Made by a program: the position numbers and the translations under genes
Notes under the pieces: model-generated
Seen by the model: only the letters and a program-made list of their open reading frames with translations
Databases searched by the model: none
What the model was told of the DNA's origin: nothing
Assembly (NCBI GenBank): GCA_965371445.1
Contig: CBDUYN010000035.1
Location: 127-64,126, forward strand
Reading direction: 5' to 3'
DNA length: 64,000 nt
Source: an uncultured bacterium
Lineage (GTDB): Bacteria > Acidobacteriota > Thermoanaerobaculia > Multivoradales > J023
Shown: in pieces, positions 56,347 to 64,000 of the stretch
Position numbering within the stretch: position 1 is the first letter of the stretch
Layout of the letters: every line of letters begins with the position of its first letter

Positions 56347-59300
56347 CTAGGTGAGCCGCAGGACGACGACGGTCATGTCGTCCTGTGGCTCGTGTCCGCC
56401 GGCAAAACCGTCGCAAGCGGCGAGGAGACGCTCGGCCACGGCGGCCGCGTCGCGCTCCTCCCGGCAGATTTCGAGAAGCGCCGCTTCGACACCGTCGTAG
56501 CCCCACAGCTCGTCGGACGCGTCGAGGCGCTCCGCCAGGCCGTCGCTCAAGAGGACGAGGGTGTCGCCGTGTTTGAGCATGGTCTGTTCGGAGGCAACCG
56601 CGACGGCCTCCCGCAGGCCCAGCGGCAGGCCATGCATCTCGACGCTGACGAGCCGTTCCTGCCGCGCGGTGTAGACGTAGACCGGCGGCATGGCGCTCGC
56701 CGCCAGCTCCACCACCGCCCCGTCCCCGGTGGGGGAGAGCCGCACCAGGACGAGCCCCATGCCGGACTGACGATCGGCGATCGCGGAGCACAGGGTGGCG
56801 TTCACGGCGACGAGCACGTCCTGGAGCTCCGGCCGGCCGCGCAGCAACTCGTGGCGTAACGCCGCCTTGGCCATCCCCACGACCAGCCCCGCCGCCGTGC
56901 CGTGGCCGAGGGCGTCGCCGCAGGCGACGACCAGGCCGCCGGACGGTGTATTCCCCCCTTGATCCCCCCAGGGGGACAGCGTCTCGCCGCTCAAGGTGCC
57001 GCTCGGCAACATGAAGTCGTAGTAGTCGCCGCCGACCTCGACGGCGGTGACCATGCGGCCCACGGCCTGCAAGCTCGTCCCCCGGCCTCCGAACCGAAGC
57101 TCCAGGTCGCGGCGCGGCAGCATGGCGAGCTGCACCCGGCGCGCGGTCTCCAGCTCTTCGGTCTTTCTCTGGTGGTCGAGTCGTCGGATCTCCTCGCGCT
57201 GCGCCGTCTCGAGACGGCGGCGTTGGTAGAGGAAAGCCAGTCCGAGCCCCGCGACGAGGGCGAGGGCGAGCAGCGTCCGGAACCATAGAGTCGCCCAGAA
57301 GGGGGGCAGGATACGTACCCTCAAGGAAAGGCCCTCGTCGTTCCAGACGCCGTCGTTGTTCGACGCCCGGACCTGGAAGACGTAGGGTCCCGGATCGATG
57401 TTGGTATACGTCGCGGCAGCCTCGCCGCCGCCGTCGATCCACTCCTCGTCGAAGCCCGCGAGGCGGTATTGGTAACGGATGCGTTCCGGTTGGGCGTAGT
57501 CGAGCGCCGCGAACGTCAGCTCGAAGACGCGGTCGCCGTGATCGAGCTCCACCTCCTCGGCCTCCTCCAGGGGACGGTCGTAGCGCACCCTCCTTCCACC
57601 CCTGGAAAAACCCGTCAGCACCACCGGTGGATCGTGTGGATTGGTCACCAGAGCGTCGCTGCGAAAGCGGACGAGGCCGCCGGGGCCGCCGAAGTAGATC
57701 TCCCCGTCGGCGGTGCGCAGGCCGGCCCGCGGGGAGAGCTCGGCGTGGAGGAGGCCGTCGGCGCGGTCGTAGGTGCGTAGGAGATGGGCTTGCTCTCGGA
57801 CGTCGAGCTGCACCAGGCCTTGTCCGGTACCGAGCCACATCTGCCCGCCGTCCTCGACGATGCCGGTCACCCGGTTCGACGGCAGGCCGTCGTGGATCGT
57901 GAAGTGCTCGAAAACGGCGGCGGCCTCGTCGAAGCGGTCGAGCCCGCCGCTGAATGTGCCGATCCACAGCCGGCGCGCGGCGTCGCGGTGCAGGGCGTAG
58001 ACAGTTCGGTTGTTGAGCGTCGCCGGGTCTTCGGGATCCCAGGTGAACCGTTCGAGCTCCCGGGTCCGCGGATCGAGGCGTAGCAGGCCGAGCCCGGCGG
58101 TACCGAGCCAGATCCGGCCATCGTCGTCGGGGAGCACCGTCCAGACGTTGACCGGCGCGGCGAGGTGGATGGGGAATCGCTCGACCTCGCCGGTGACGGG
58201 GTCGAGTCGGCTGAGGGGCGAGTACCCTGAGGTCGCCCAGAGGTTGCCTGCGGAATCGAGGGCCAGGGAGCCGACGAAGTCGGAGGAGAGGGTCGCCGGG
58301 TCGTCGCTGTCGTGGCGGTAGTGGGCGAAGGAGCCGTCGCCTCGTCGTCGGTCGAGGCCGCGGCCCGCGGTCGCCACCCAGAGGTTGCCGTCGTGGTCGA
58401 GCGCCAGGTCATTTAGAAAGTCGCTCGCCAGGCTCGACGGCCGCTCGCGGTCGTGGCGCTCGGCGCGAAACGTTTCCGAGCGCGGGTTGAAAAAGCTCAG
58501 ACCGCCGCCGTGGGTCGCCACCCAGAGCCCCCTTGCATCGGGGGCCTCGACGAGTGCCGTCACCTCGTCATGGACGAGGCTCGCTTCGTCGAGCGGGTCG
58601 TGGCGGTAGGTGAGGAACTTCCACCGCGAACGCGCGAAACGGCTGACGCCCTGGCCGCGGGTGCCCAACCAGAGGGTGCCGGAACGGTCCTCAAAAATCC
58701 AATCGATAGGATCGCTCCCCAGGCTGTACCGGTCCGTCGGCGAGTGTCGGTAGATCTCGAAATAGCCGGCGGCGCGATGAAGGCGCCGCAGCCCCCGCTC
58801 GGTGGCGATCCAGACCACTTGGCGGTGGTCGACGAGCAGATCGTTCACCCGGCCGGGACGCGTCTCAGGGGTGTCCGAAGAGTAGAGGTAAAGGCGGAAG
58901 CGCTCGGTCGTGGGATCGAGCGAAAGGATGCGCCCGGAGGCCACGGCCCAGAGGGTGCCGTCGGCTTCGAAGGCCACTTTAGTGATCCTCTGTCCCGGTA
59001 AGCGGCGCTCGAACGTAAAGCCCCCGGCGCCGTCGTCGACGAGGCCGTTCAAGCCCTTGCTGGTCGCCGCCCAGAGACGGCCGTCCGGGGCGATCAAGAG
59101 GTTGCGGACGCAGTCGCTGGCGAGGCTCGTCAAGTCGCCCTCGTCGTGGCGCAGGGCGGTGAAGCTCTCGCTCGACGCGTCGTAGAGGTTCAGCCCACCG
59201 CCGCAGGTGGCGACCCAGAGACGAGCGTCGCGGTCCTCGGCGAGGGCCGTGACCTGGGAATGGCTGAGGCTTCCCGGTGCGTCGCCGGGGAGGAAGTGAC

Positions 59301-59814
59301 GGATCTCCCCGCCGGAGATCCGATTGAGCCCGGCGGCGACGGTGCCGATCCAGCGGTTGCCGGCGGCGTCTTCGAGAAAGGTCGAGACGGCCGAGCTGCT
59401 CAAGCCGTTTTGTCCCTGCCCGTAGTGGACGAAACGCTCTCTGGCGCGGTCGAAGCGGTCGATGCCGCCGACCCCGAGAAGGATCCACAGATCGCCGTCG
59501 CGGGTCTCGAAGATCTTGGAGATCCAGCTGCCGCCGACCGAGTCGGGATCCGCCGGGTCGTGGACGTAGGTGGTGAAATGCCGGCCGTCGAAGCGCGCCA
59601 GGCCGTCGCGCGTGCCGAGCCAGATGTAGCCGTAGCGGTCCTGGTGGATCGTCCGGACGTGACGGTTCGGCAGGCCGTCGTCCACCGTCAGGCGTTCGAA
59701 GTGGACGTTGTCGGGCGGCGGACCGAGCTCCTCCACCTCGCGGACGTCCTGACCGGCCGCCGGAGAGGCCGCAAGGGCAAGCAGCGCCGTGATCAGGAGT
59801 CGGAGGCATCGCAT
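56347..59814 (-). CDS. two-component-regulator-propeller (Y_Y_Y / Reg_prop) periplasmic sensor fused via a TM helix to a PP2C/SpoIIE-family Ser/Thr phosphatase
   Basis: Start at MRCLRLLITALLALAASPAAGQ (signal peptide).
- About 700 aa of repeated Reg_prop blades (IWLGTRDGLARFD, LWVATHGGGLSFF, and so on) plus a Y_Y_Y-like region.
- TM helix (TLLALALVAGLGLAFLY).
- Coiled coil.
- C-terminal PP2C motifs (GGDYYD; DALGHGTAAG; LLSDGLAE). Confidence 0.8.
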   Translation of the reverse strand: MRCLRLLITALLALAASPAAGQDVREVEELGPPPDNVHFERLTVDDGLPNRHVRTIHQDRYGYIWLGTRDGLARFDGRHFTTYVHDPADPDSVGGSWISKIFETRDGDLWILLGVGGIDRFDRARERFVHYGQGQNGLSSSAVSTFLEDAAGNRWIGTVAAGLNRISGGEIRHFLPGDAPGSLSHSQVTALAEDRDARLWVATCGGGLNLYDASSESFTALRHDEGDLTSLASDCVRNLLIAPDGRLWAATSKGLNGLVDDGAGGFTFERRLPGQRITKVAFEADGTLWAVASGRILSLDPTTERFRLYLYSSDTPETRPGRVNDLLVDHRQVVWIATERGLRRLHRAAGYFEIYRHSPTDRYSLGSDPIDWIFEDRSGTLWLGTRGQGVSRFARSRWKFLTYRHDPLDEASLVHDEVTALVEAPDARGLWVATHGGGLSFFNPRSETFRAERHDRERPSSLASDFLNDLALDHDGNLWVATAGRGLDRRRGDGSFAHYRHDSDDPATLSSDFVGSLALDSAGNLWATSGYSPLSRLDPVTGEVERFPIHLAAPVNVWTVLPDDDGRIWLGTAGLGLLRLDPRTRELERFTWDPEDPATLNNRTVYALHRDAARRLWIGTFSGGLDRFDEAAAVFEHFTIHDGLPSNRVTGIVEDGGQMWLGTGQGLVQLDVREQAHLLRTYDRADGLLHAELSPRAGLRTADGEIYFGGPGGLVRFRSDALVTNPHDPPVVLTGFSRGGRRVRYDRPLEEAEEVELDHGDRVFELTFAALDYAQPERIRYQYRLAGFDEEWIDGGGEAAATYTNIDPGPYVFQVRASNNDGVWNDEGLSLRVRILPPFWATLWFRTLLALALVAGLGLAFLYQRRRLETAQREEIRRLDHQRKTEELETARRVQLAMLPRRDLELRFGGRGTSLQAVGRMVTAVEVGGDYYDFMLPSGTLSGETLSPWGDQGGNTPSGGLVVACGDALGHGTAAGLVVGMAKAALRHELLRGRPELQDVLVAVNATLCSAIADRQSGMGLVLVRLSPTGDGAVVELAASAMPPVYVYTARQERLVSVEMHGLPLGLREAVAVASEQTMLKHGDTLVLLSDGLAERLDASDELWGYDGVEAALLEICREERDAAAVAERLLAACDGFAGGHEPQDDMTVVVLRLT

Positions 59815-59993
59815 CTCCCTAAGGTATCTCAGCTGGTCCCTTTGAGAAGCGCGACTCGCCCGGCCCGAGGCCTCGCGTGTCCCGGAGCTCCAGGTCGTGC
59901 TGGCCCATCTCCTGGCCCGGGCGGACGCTGACGGCCTGATCACCGTACCCGACGACCCTGGCGACGTTGTCGAAGCAGGCTCTGGCAACCTTA

Positions 59994-62417
59994 CTACTCG
60001 GCCCGCAGCGCCGACGCCGGATCGATCCGGGTGGCGCGCCGCGCCGGCAGGGCGCAGGCTACGACGGCAGCCCCCGCCAGCAGAACCGCGACCCCCGCGT
60101 AGATCGACAAGTCCTGGGGCGAGACGCCGTAAAGCAACGCGGCGACGAAGCGCGACGCGGCAAGCGCCACGGCCAGCCCGGCCGCGATGCCGGCGCCAGC
60201 CAAGACCAGGCCTTCCCGCAGCACCATCCGCATCACCCGCGAACGCGACGCCCCGAGCGCCATGCGCAACCCCACCTCGCGGTGGCGCAGGGTCACGACG
60301 TAGCTGATGACGCCGTGGATCCCGAGCAGCGCCAGCCCCAGGGCCAGGATCGCAAAAACGCTGAGAAGCAGCGACGCAAAGCTCTCGCGGGCGAGCGATT
60401 CGGCGAGCGTCTCGTCCATCGTCGCGACGTTGTAGACGGCGAGCTCGCGGTCGATCGCCCAGACCGCCTCGCGCAGCGCCGGTACGAGCTGCAGAGGGTC
60501 GCCGCTGGCGCGGACCATGAGTGTCACGGCCCCTCTCGGCGGTGCCTGGGCCAGCGGCGCGTACATCGCCGGGGGCGTCGCTTCCTTCAGGCCGTGCATG
60601 CGTTCGTCGGCGACGATTCCCACCACCTCACGCTCGATGCCCCAGAAACGGACGCGCTGGCCGATCGCGGGACTGTCGGGGAAATAGCGTTCCTGAGCGG
60701 TCCGGTTCAAGAGAAGGACCCCTGGCGCGTCGGCGGTGTCGCGGTCGGTGAAGACGCGTCCCTCGAGGAGCGCCACGCCCGCCGTCCGAAAATAACCGTC
60801 GCTCACCAGGCGGGTCTTGAGCTCGCCCTGGTCGGCGGCCTCCGACTCGCGGCCGACGATCACGAAGCTGTTGGTGAAGCCGGGGTCCAGGGGGTGGCTG
60901 ATGGCGAGCGCCGCCGAGCCGACGCCCGGAAGGGCCCGGAGGCGTTGCATGAGCTCGTTGTTGAAGCCGTGGACCTCCGTCCAGTGGGGCCAGACGCTGA
61001 AGTCGCGCGGGTAACGTGCCGCGGGCAGTCGGAAATCGAGGCGCACGACGTTCGCGGTGCGGAACCCGGGGTCCACCTGCCGGAGCTTCCAGAGGCTGGT
61101 GAGCAGAAGCCCCGCGCCGACGAGGAGGACCACCGCCAGGAACGTCTGCGCGACCACCAGCAGACGGCGCAGGCGTAGCTTCGCCGCGCTGTCGCCGGCC
61201 GAGCCCCGGCCGTCCTTGAGGGAGCTCTGAAGGTCGAGGCGAAGCGTCTGCAGGAGCGGGACCAACGAGAAGCCGACGGCGATCAGGACGCTGGTCGTCA
61301 GAGTGAAAAGAAGGACGCGGACATCGAGGCTCACGTCCCCCAGGTCGCGGACGGCGGCCGGCGCCAGGGCCAGGAGCCCCCGGAGGCCGAGGACGGCGAC
61401 GCCGACACCGCAGACCGCAGCGAAACCGGTGAGAAGGAGGCTCTCCACCAGGAAGCGCCGGGCCAATGCCCACGTGCCGGCCCCGAGGGCGACGCGCACC
61501 GCCATCTCCTGCGAACGCGCGACGCCGCGCACCAGGAGAAGGTTGGCGACGTTGGCGCAGGCGATGAGAAGAACCGCCACGACGGCACCGACGAGCAACA
61601 GGAGCACCGGACGGGCCTCGCCTCGAAGCACGTCGGTCAGGGACTCGACGAAGACGCCCCTGCCGCGGTTTTCCGGATACTCCGCCTCCAGCCGCGTGGC
61701 GATCGCGGTCATGTCCGACTGCGCCGCCTCGATCGTCGTCGCGGGGGAGAGCCGTGCGATCACCTGGATCGGATGGGTGTGCCGCGGCAACGTCGCCGGG
61801 CTCTGTTGGAGCGGCACCCAGAGGTCGGCGTCCGCCGGGAAGTCGAGTCCGGAGGGCAGCACCCCGACGACGGTGTAGTCGACGTCGTCGAGCTTCAGGA
61901 CGCGGTCGAGGACCGCCGGATCGCGGCCGAAGCCGCGCGCCCAGAAGGCGTCGCTCAAAAGCGCGACCCGCGGACCTCCGGGCTGGTCCTCGTCCGCCTG
62001 GATCGTCCTCCCCATTTGTACCGCGACACCGAGCACCGCCGCCATGTCGTAGGTCACGGCGGCCTGCGTCACGCGTCGGGGCTCGCTGTCGTCGCGGCTC
62101 AGGTTCACCTCACGGGTGAGATAGGCGGCCATCCCCTCGAAGGAGCGGTTCTGCTCTTCGAAGTCGAGGAAGTCGGGCAGCGAGGCGGCCTCCCGCAGGG
62201 TACCGGTCAGCCGGTCGTCTTCCCACACCATGACCAGCTGCTCGGCTTCGGCGAAGGGGAGCGGCGTGAGCAGCACGGCGTCGACGACGCTGAAGATCGC
62301 GGTCGTGGCGCCGATGCCCAGCGCCAGGGTGAGGGTGGTGACCAGCACAAATCCCGGGCTCCTGCCGAGCGTTCGGCCCGCCTGGCGTATGTCCCCGGCC
62401 AGCGTGTCCATGCTCAT
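59994..62417 (-). CDS. ADOP-family duplicated FtsX-like ABC transporter permease (MacB-like)
   Basis: Start at MSMDTLAGDIRQAGRTLGRSPGFVLVTTLTLALGIGATTAIFSVVDAVLL, the canonical ADOP N-terminus. Two FtsX permease modules, each with a MacB_PCD-like periplasmic domain. Ends ...RIDPASALRAE. Confidence 0.8.
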   Translation of the reverse strand: MSMDTLAGDIRQAGRTLGRSPGFVLVTTLTLALGIGATTAIFSVVDAVLLTPLPFAEAEQLVMVWEDDRLTGTLREAASLPDFLDFEEQNRSFEGMAAYLTREVNLSRDDSEPRRVTQAAVTYDMAAVLGVAVQMGRTIQADEDQPGGPRVALLSDAFWARGFGRDPAVLDRVLKLDDVDYTVVGVLPSGLDFPADADLWVPLQQSPATLPRHTHPIQVIARLSPATTIEAAQSDMTAIATRLEAEYPENRGRGVFVESLTDVLRGEARPVLLLLVGAVVAVLLIACANVANLLLVRGVARSQEMAVRVALGAGTWALARRFLVESLLLTGFAAVCGVGVAVLGLRGLLALAPAAVRDLGDVSLDVRVLLFTLTTSVLIAVGFSLVPLLQTLRLDLQSSLKDGRGSAGDSAAKLRLRRLLVVAQTFLAVVLLVGAGLLLTSLWKLRQVDPGFRTANVVRLDFRLPAARYPRDFSVWPHWTEVHGFNNELMQRLRALPGVGSAALAISHPLDPGFTNSFVIVGRESEAADQGELKTRLVSDGYFRTAGVALLEGRVFTDRDTADAPGVLLLNRTAQERYFPDSPAIGQRVRFWGIEREVVGIVADERMHGLKEATPPAMYAPLAQAPPRGAVTLMVRASGDPLQLVPALREAVWAIDRELAVYNVATMDETLAESLARESFASLLLSVFAILALGLALLGIHGVISYVVTLRHREVGLRMALGASRSRVMRMVLREGLVLAGAGIAAGLAVALAASRFVAALLYGVSPQDLSIYAGVAVLLAGAAVVACALPARRATRIDPASALRAE

Positions 62418-62604
62418 GGCTCGATCCTCCTCGGTGGCGTTGGCGGTTCGCGCTTCTACGTCACTAATACTCCTCGCGCGGGCAAAAGTTATCGGTCCGA
62501 CGGCGTCCCGATTTCGACTCGCCAAGCGCCGCGGCCTGGCGCGGCTCGAGCTCTTCGGGGGTTGAAGTGATGAAAACGCGCATGCAACCTTCCAAGCGGA
62601 AAGC

Positions 62605-63192
62605 TCAGGCTGGCTGATCGTCTTCCAGTGCCAGGGCGCGGTCGAGGAGATCGTCGATTTCCAGCTCCCCGGCCCAATACCGCAGGTAGTCGTCGTCGAG
62701 CTTCCCCTTTTGGGTTCGGACGATTCCGAGAATGTCTTTCCATTGCTGATCTGAGACCATCCTGCCTTCTCTGTACCACTGGATTTTTCGGAGCAGCGTA
62801 TCCTCAGCGGATTTGACGACCACCTCGCGCCGATTCTCTTCAACCAGCTGCTGTCGATGATGCCTCCGAAACTCACTGCGATCGAACGGGGAAGGCCGGT
62901 GAATGAAGAGATCGATCTTGAATCCCGTTTCCAAATGGACCAGGTTGGTGCTTCCCTGGCGCCGAATCGCGCCATGGATCATCTCGGAGTCGACGTAGAA
63001 ACGGTCCTGTAACTTGAGGACGAAAAGAGCCACCTTGGCAGGCTTTAAATCAACGACCAGATCCAAGTCGTGGGTCTGGCGCGGAATGCCGTGAATCGAG
63101 CTGGCAAAAGATCCCCCCACGTGATACGCCACGTCCAGCTCTTCGAGGACGTCGATCACTTCGAGGGCTACGGAGACCGGTCCGTCGTTCAT
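62605..63192 (-). CDS. Pol-beta-superfamily nucleotidyltransferase domain protein (putative toxin/antitoxin-system NTase)
   Basis: Start at MNDGPV. NTase motif (HVGGSFASSIHGIPRQTHDLDLVVDL). Its ATG overlaps the stop of an upstream small ORF (ATGA). Confidence 0.6.
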   Translation of the reverse strand: MNDGPVSVALEVIDVLEELDVAYHVGGSFASSIHGIPRQTHDLDLVVDLKPAKVALFVLKLQDRFYVDSEMIHGAIRRQGSTNLVHLETGFKIDLFIHRPSPFDRSEFRRHHRQQLVEENRREVVVKSAEDTLLRKIQWYREGRMVSDQQWKDILGIVRTQKGKLDDDYLRYWAGELEIDDLLDRALALEDDQPA

Positions 63193-63395
63193 GGCGGTTT
63201 GGAGCGGTCGACGAAGTCCTCCAGAGGTCCCCAGATCCTGGTTGCCAGCTCTTCGCCGTGGAGTAGCCTCATGAGGCGGTGGTGCAGCTCTTCCGGGCCG
63301 GCTTCCGGATGGCGCGACCGGAGGCCTGCCAAAGCCAGCCGCCGCGATGTCAGGATGGCGTCCTGTACGATCCGGACCTTCCTCCATGACGGCAT
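63189..63395 (-). CDS. small ORF translationally coupled to the nucleotidyltransferase gene (possible TA partner)
   Basis: 68 aa from MPSWRKVRIVQDAILTSRRLALAGLR.... The same frame is open back to an upstream ATG giving 110 aa. Weak Shine-Dalgarno. Confidence 0.35.
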   Translation of the reverse strand: MPSWRKVRIVQDAILTSRRLALAGLRSRHPEAGPEELHHRLMRLLHGEELATRIWGPLEDFVDRSKPP

Positions 63396-63609
63396 CCGCC
63401 GGAAAATCTCAAGCTGGACGGCCTCAGCCCGCGGATCGGTGTCGCGGGAGAGGGTCGTGCGGCGTACCTCGTGCGGCCTGAGGTAGCCTTCTTGTCGCGG
63501 GGGTGACGGTGGAGCGGCCATTGAGGAGTAGCCTACCACGGCTGCAACACGGCTTGGTGTCGTTAGAGAGGAGGGGGTGCCGACGATTCTGACTCGAAGA
63601 GAGGACCCA

Positions 63610-64000
63610 TGAGCTCGAACGCCTACGTGACCAGGAGTCTTGCCCTGCTGCTCGCCGCGGGGATCGCTGTCCTGCCGGCGGCCGGCGAACCGGCGGCCGG
63701 CGATCCGGTGGCTGAACAGGAGACGCCGCTCAGGGTCGTCCGCGCCGGCGGCGACATCGTCATCGACGGCGAGCTCTCGGAGGCCGCCTGGCGCGAAGCG
63801 CCGATGGTCGAGGTCTGGTACGAGACCAACCGCGGCGACAACGTCGAGCCCCAGGTGGTCAACAAGGCCTACCTGCTCTACGACGACAGCTACTTCTACG
63901 CCGGCTTCGAACTCGAAGATCCGGAACCAGACCGGATCCGGGCGCCCCTGGGCGACCACGACAACTTGCCGGGCTACACCGACTACGCCGGCATCCTGCT
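63610..64000 (+). CDS. secreted hypothetical protein, 5' partial at window end (CBM9-like/DUF5916-like N-terminus)
   Basis: Start at MSSNAYVTRSLALLLAAGIAVLPAAG (signal peptide). Followed by IDGELSEAAWREAPMVEVWYE...LLYDDSYFYAGFELEDPEP, typical of the carbohydrate-binding family 9-like domain that heads DUF5916 proteins. The ORF runs off the end of the window. Confidence 0.5.

Noticed and set aside
63070-63486. 138-aa plus-strand ORF overlapping the nucleotidyltransferase and small-ORF genes.
   Set aside because: - Arg/Ser-rich with no motifs.
- It is antisense to two coupled minus-strand ORFs that have better coding features.

Overview
This window is a 64-kb, high-GC (about 67-70%) stretch of bacterial chromosome that is densely coding on both strands. 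Several hallmark families point to an Acidobacteriota-like origin by inference only: an ADOP-type duplicated FtsX permease, a TIGR03436-like VWFA-related Acidobacterial domain protein, a CarbopepD_reg-type TonB-dependent receptor, and DUF1570.

Most genes encode signalling or envelope proteins. These include a Hanks-type Ser/Thr kinase with TPR repeats, a hybrid histidine kinase, two tandem polytopic PAS sensors, a GAF-GGDEF cyclase, an FHA-EAL phosphodiesterase, a Y_Y_Y propeller-PP2C phosphatase, AmpG, an S9 peptidase, a 5'-nucleotidase, a secretin and a TonB receptor. The only housekeeping gene is infC, which has an AUU start. I found no rRNA, tRNA, CRISPR array or transposase/integrase.

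Three lower-GC islets (about 57-60%) stand out:
1. 26.06-28.24 kb carries a degraded caspase-FGE gene fragment and a hicAB toxin-antitoxin pair.
2. 33.9-36.0 kb carries a translationally coupled ABC-ATPase plus Toprim-like (OLD/PARIS-like) two-gene module. This is a candidate anti-phage defence system and my best guess for the undescribed system the prompt asks for.
3. 62.6-63.4 kb carries a small ORF coupled to a Pol-beta-type nucleotidyltransferase (TA-like).

Two further observations are notable. A tight operon at 20.7-25.4 kb reads OlsB-like N-acyltransferase, DinB, NRDE, then an unusual alpha/beta-hydrolase-DedA(VTT)-ATP-grasp triple fusion; it may be a novel aminolipid pathway. A COG1379-type PHP/Zn-ribbon domain is fused to a UvrD-like helicase at 43.5-46.6 kb.

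Gene starts were derived arithmetically from the ORF track and are approximate to within a few codons. Many long alternative-frame ORFs in the track are GC-driven artefacts.
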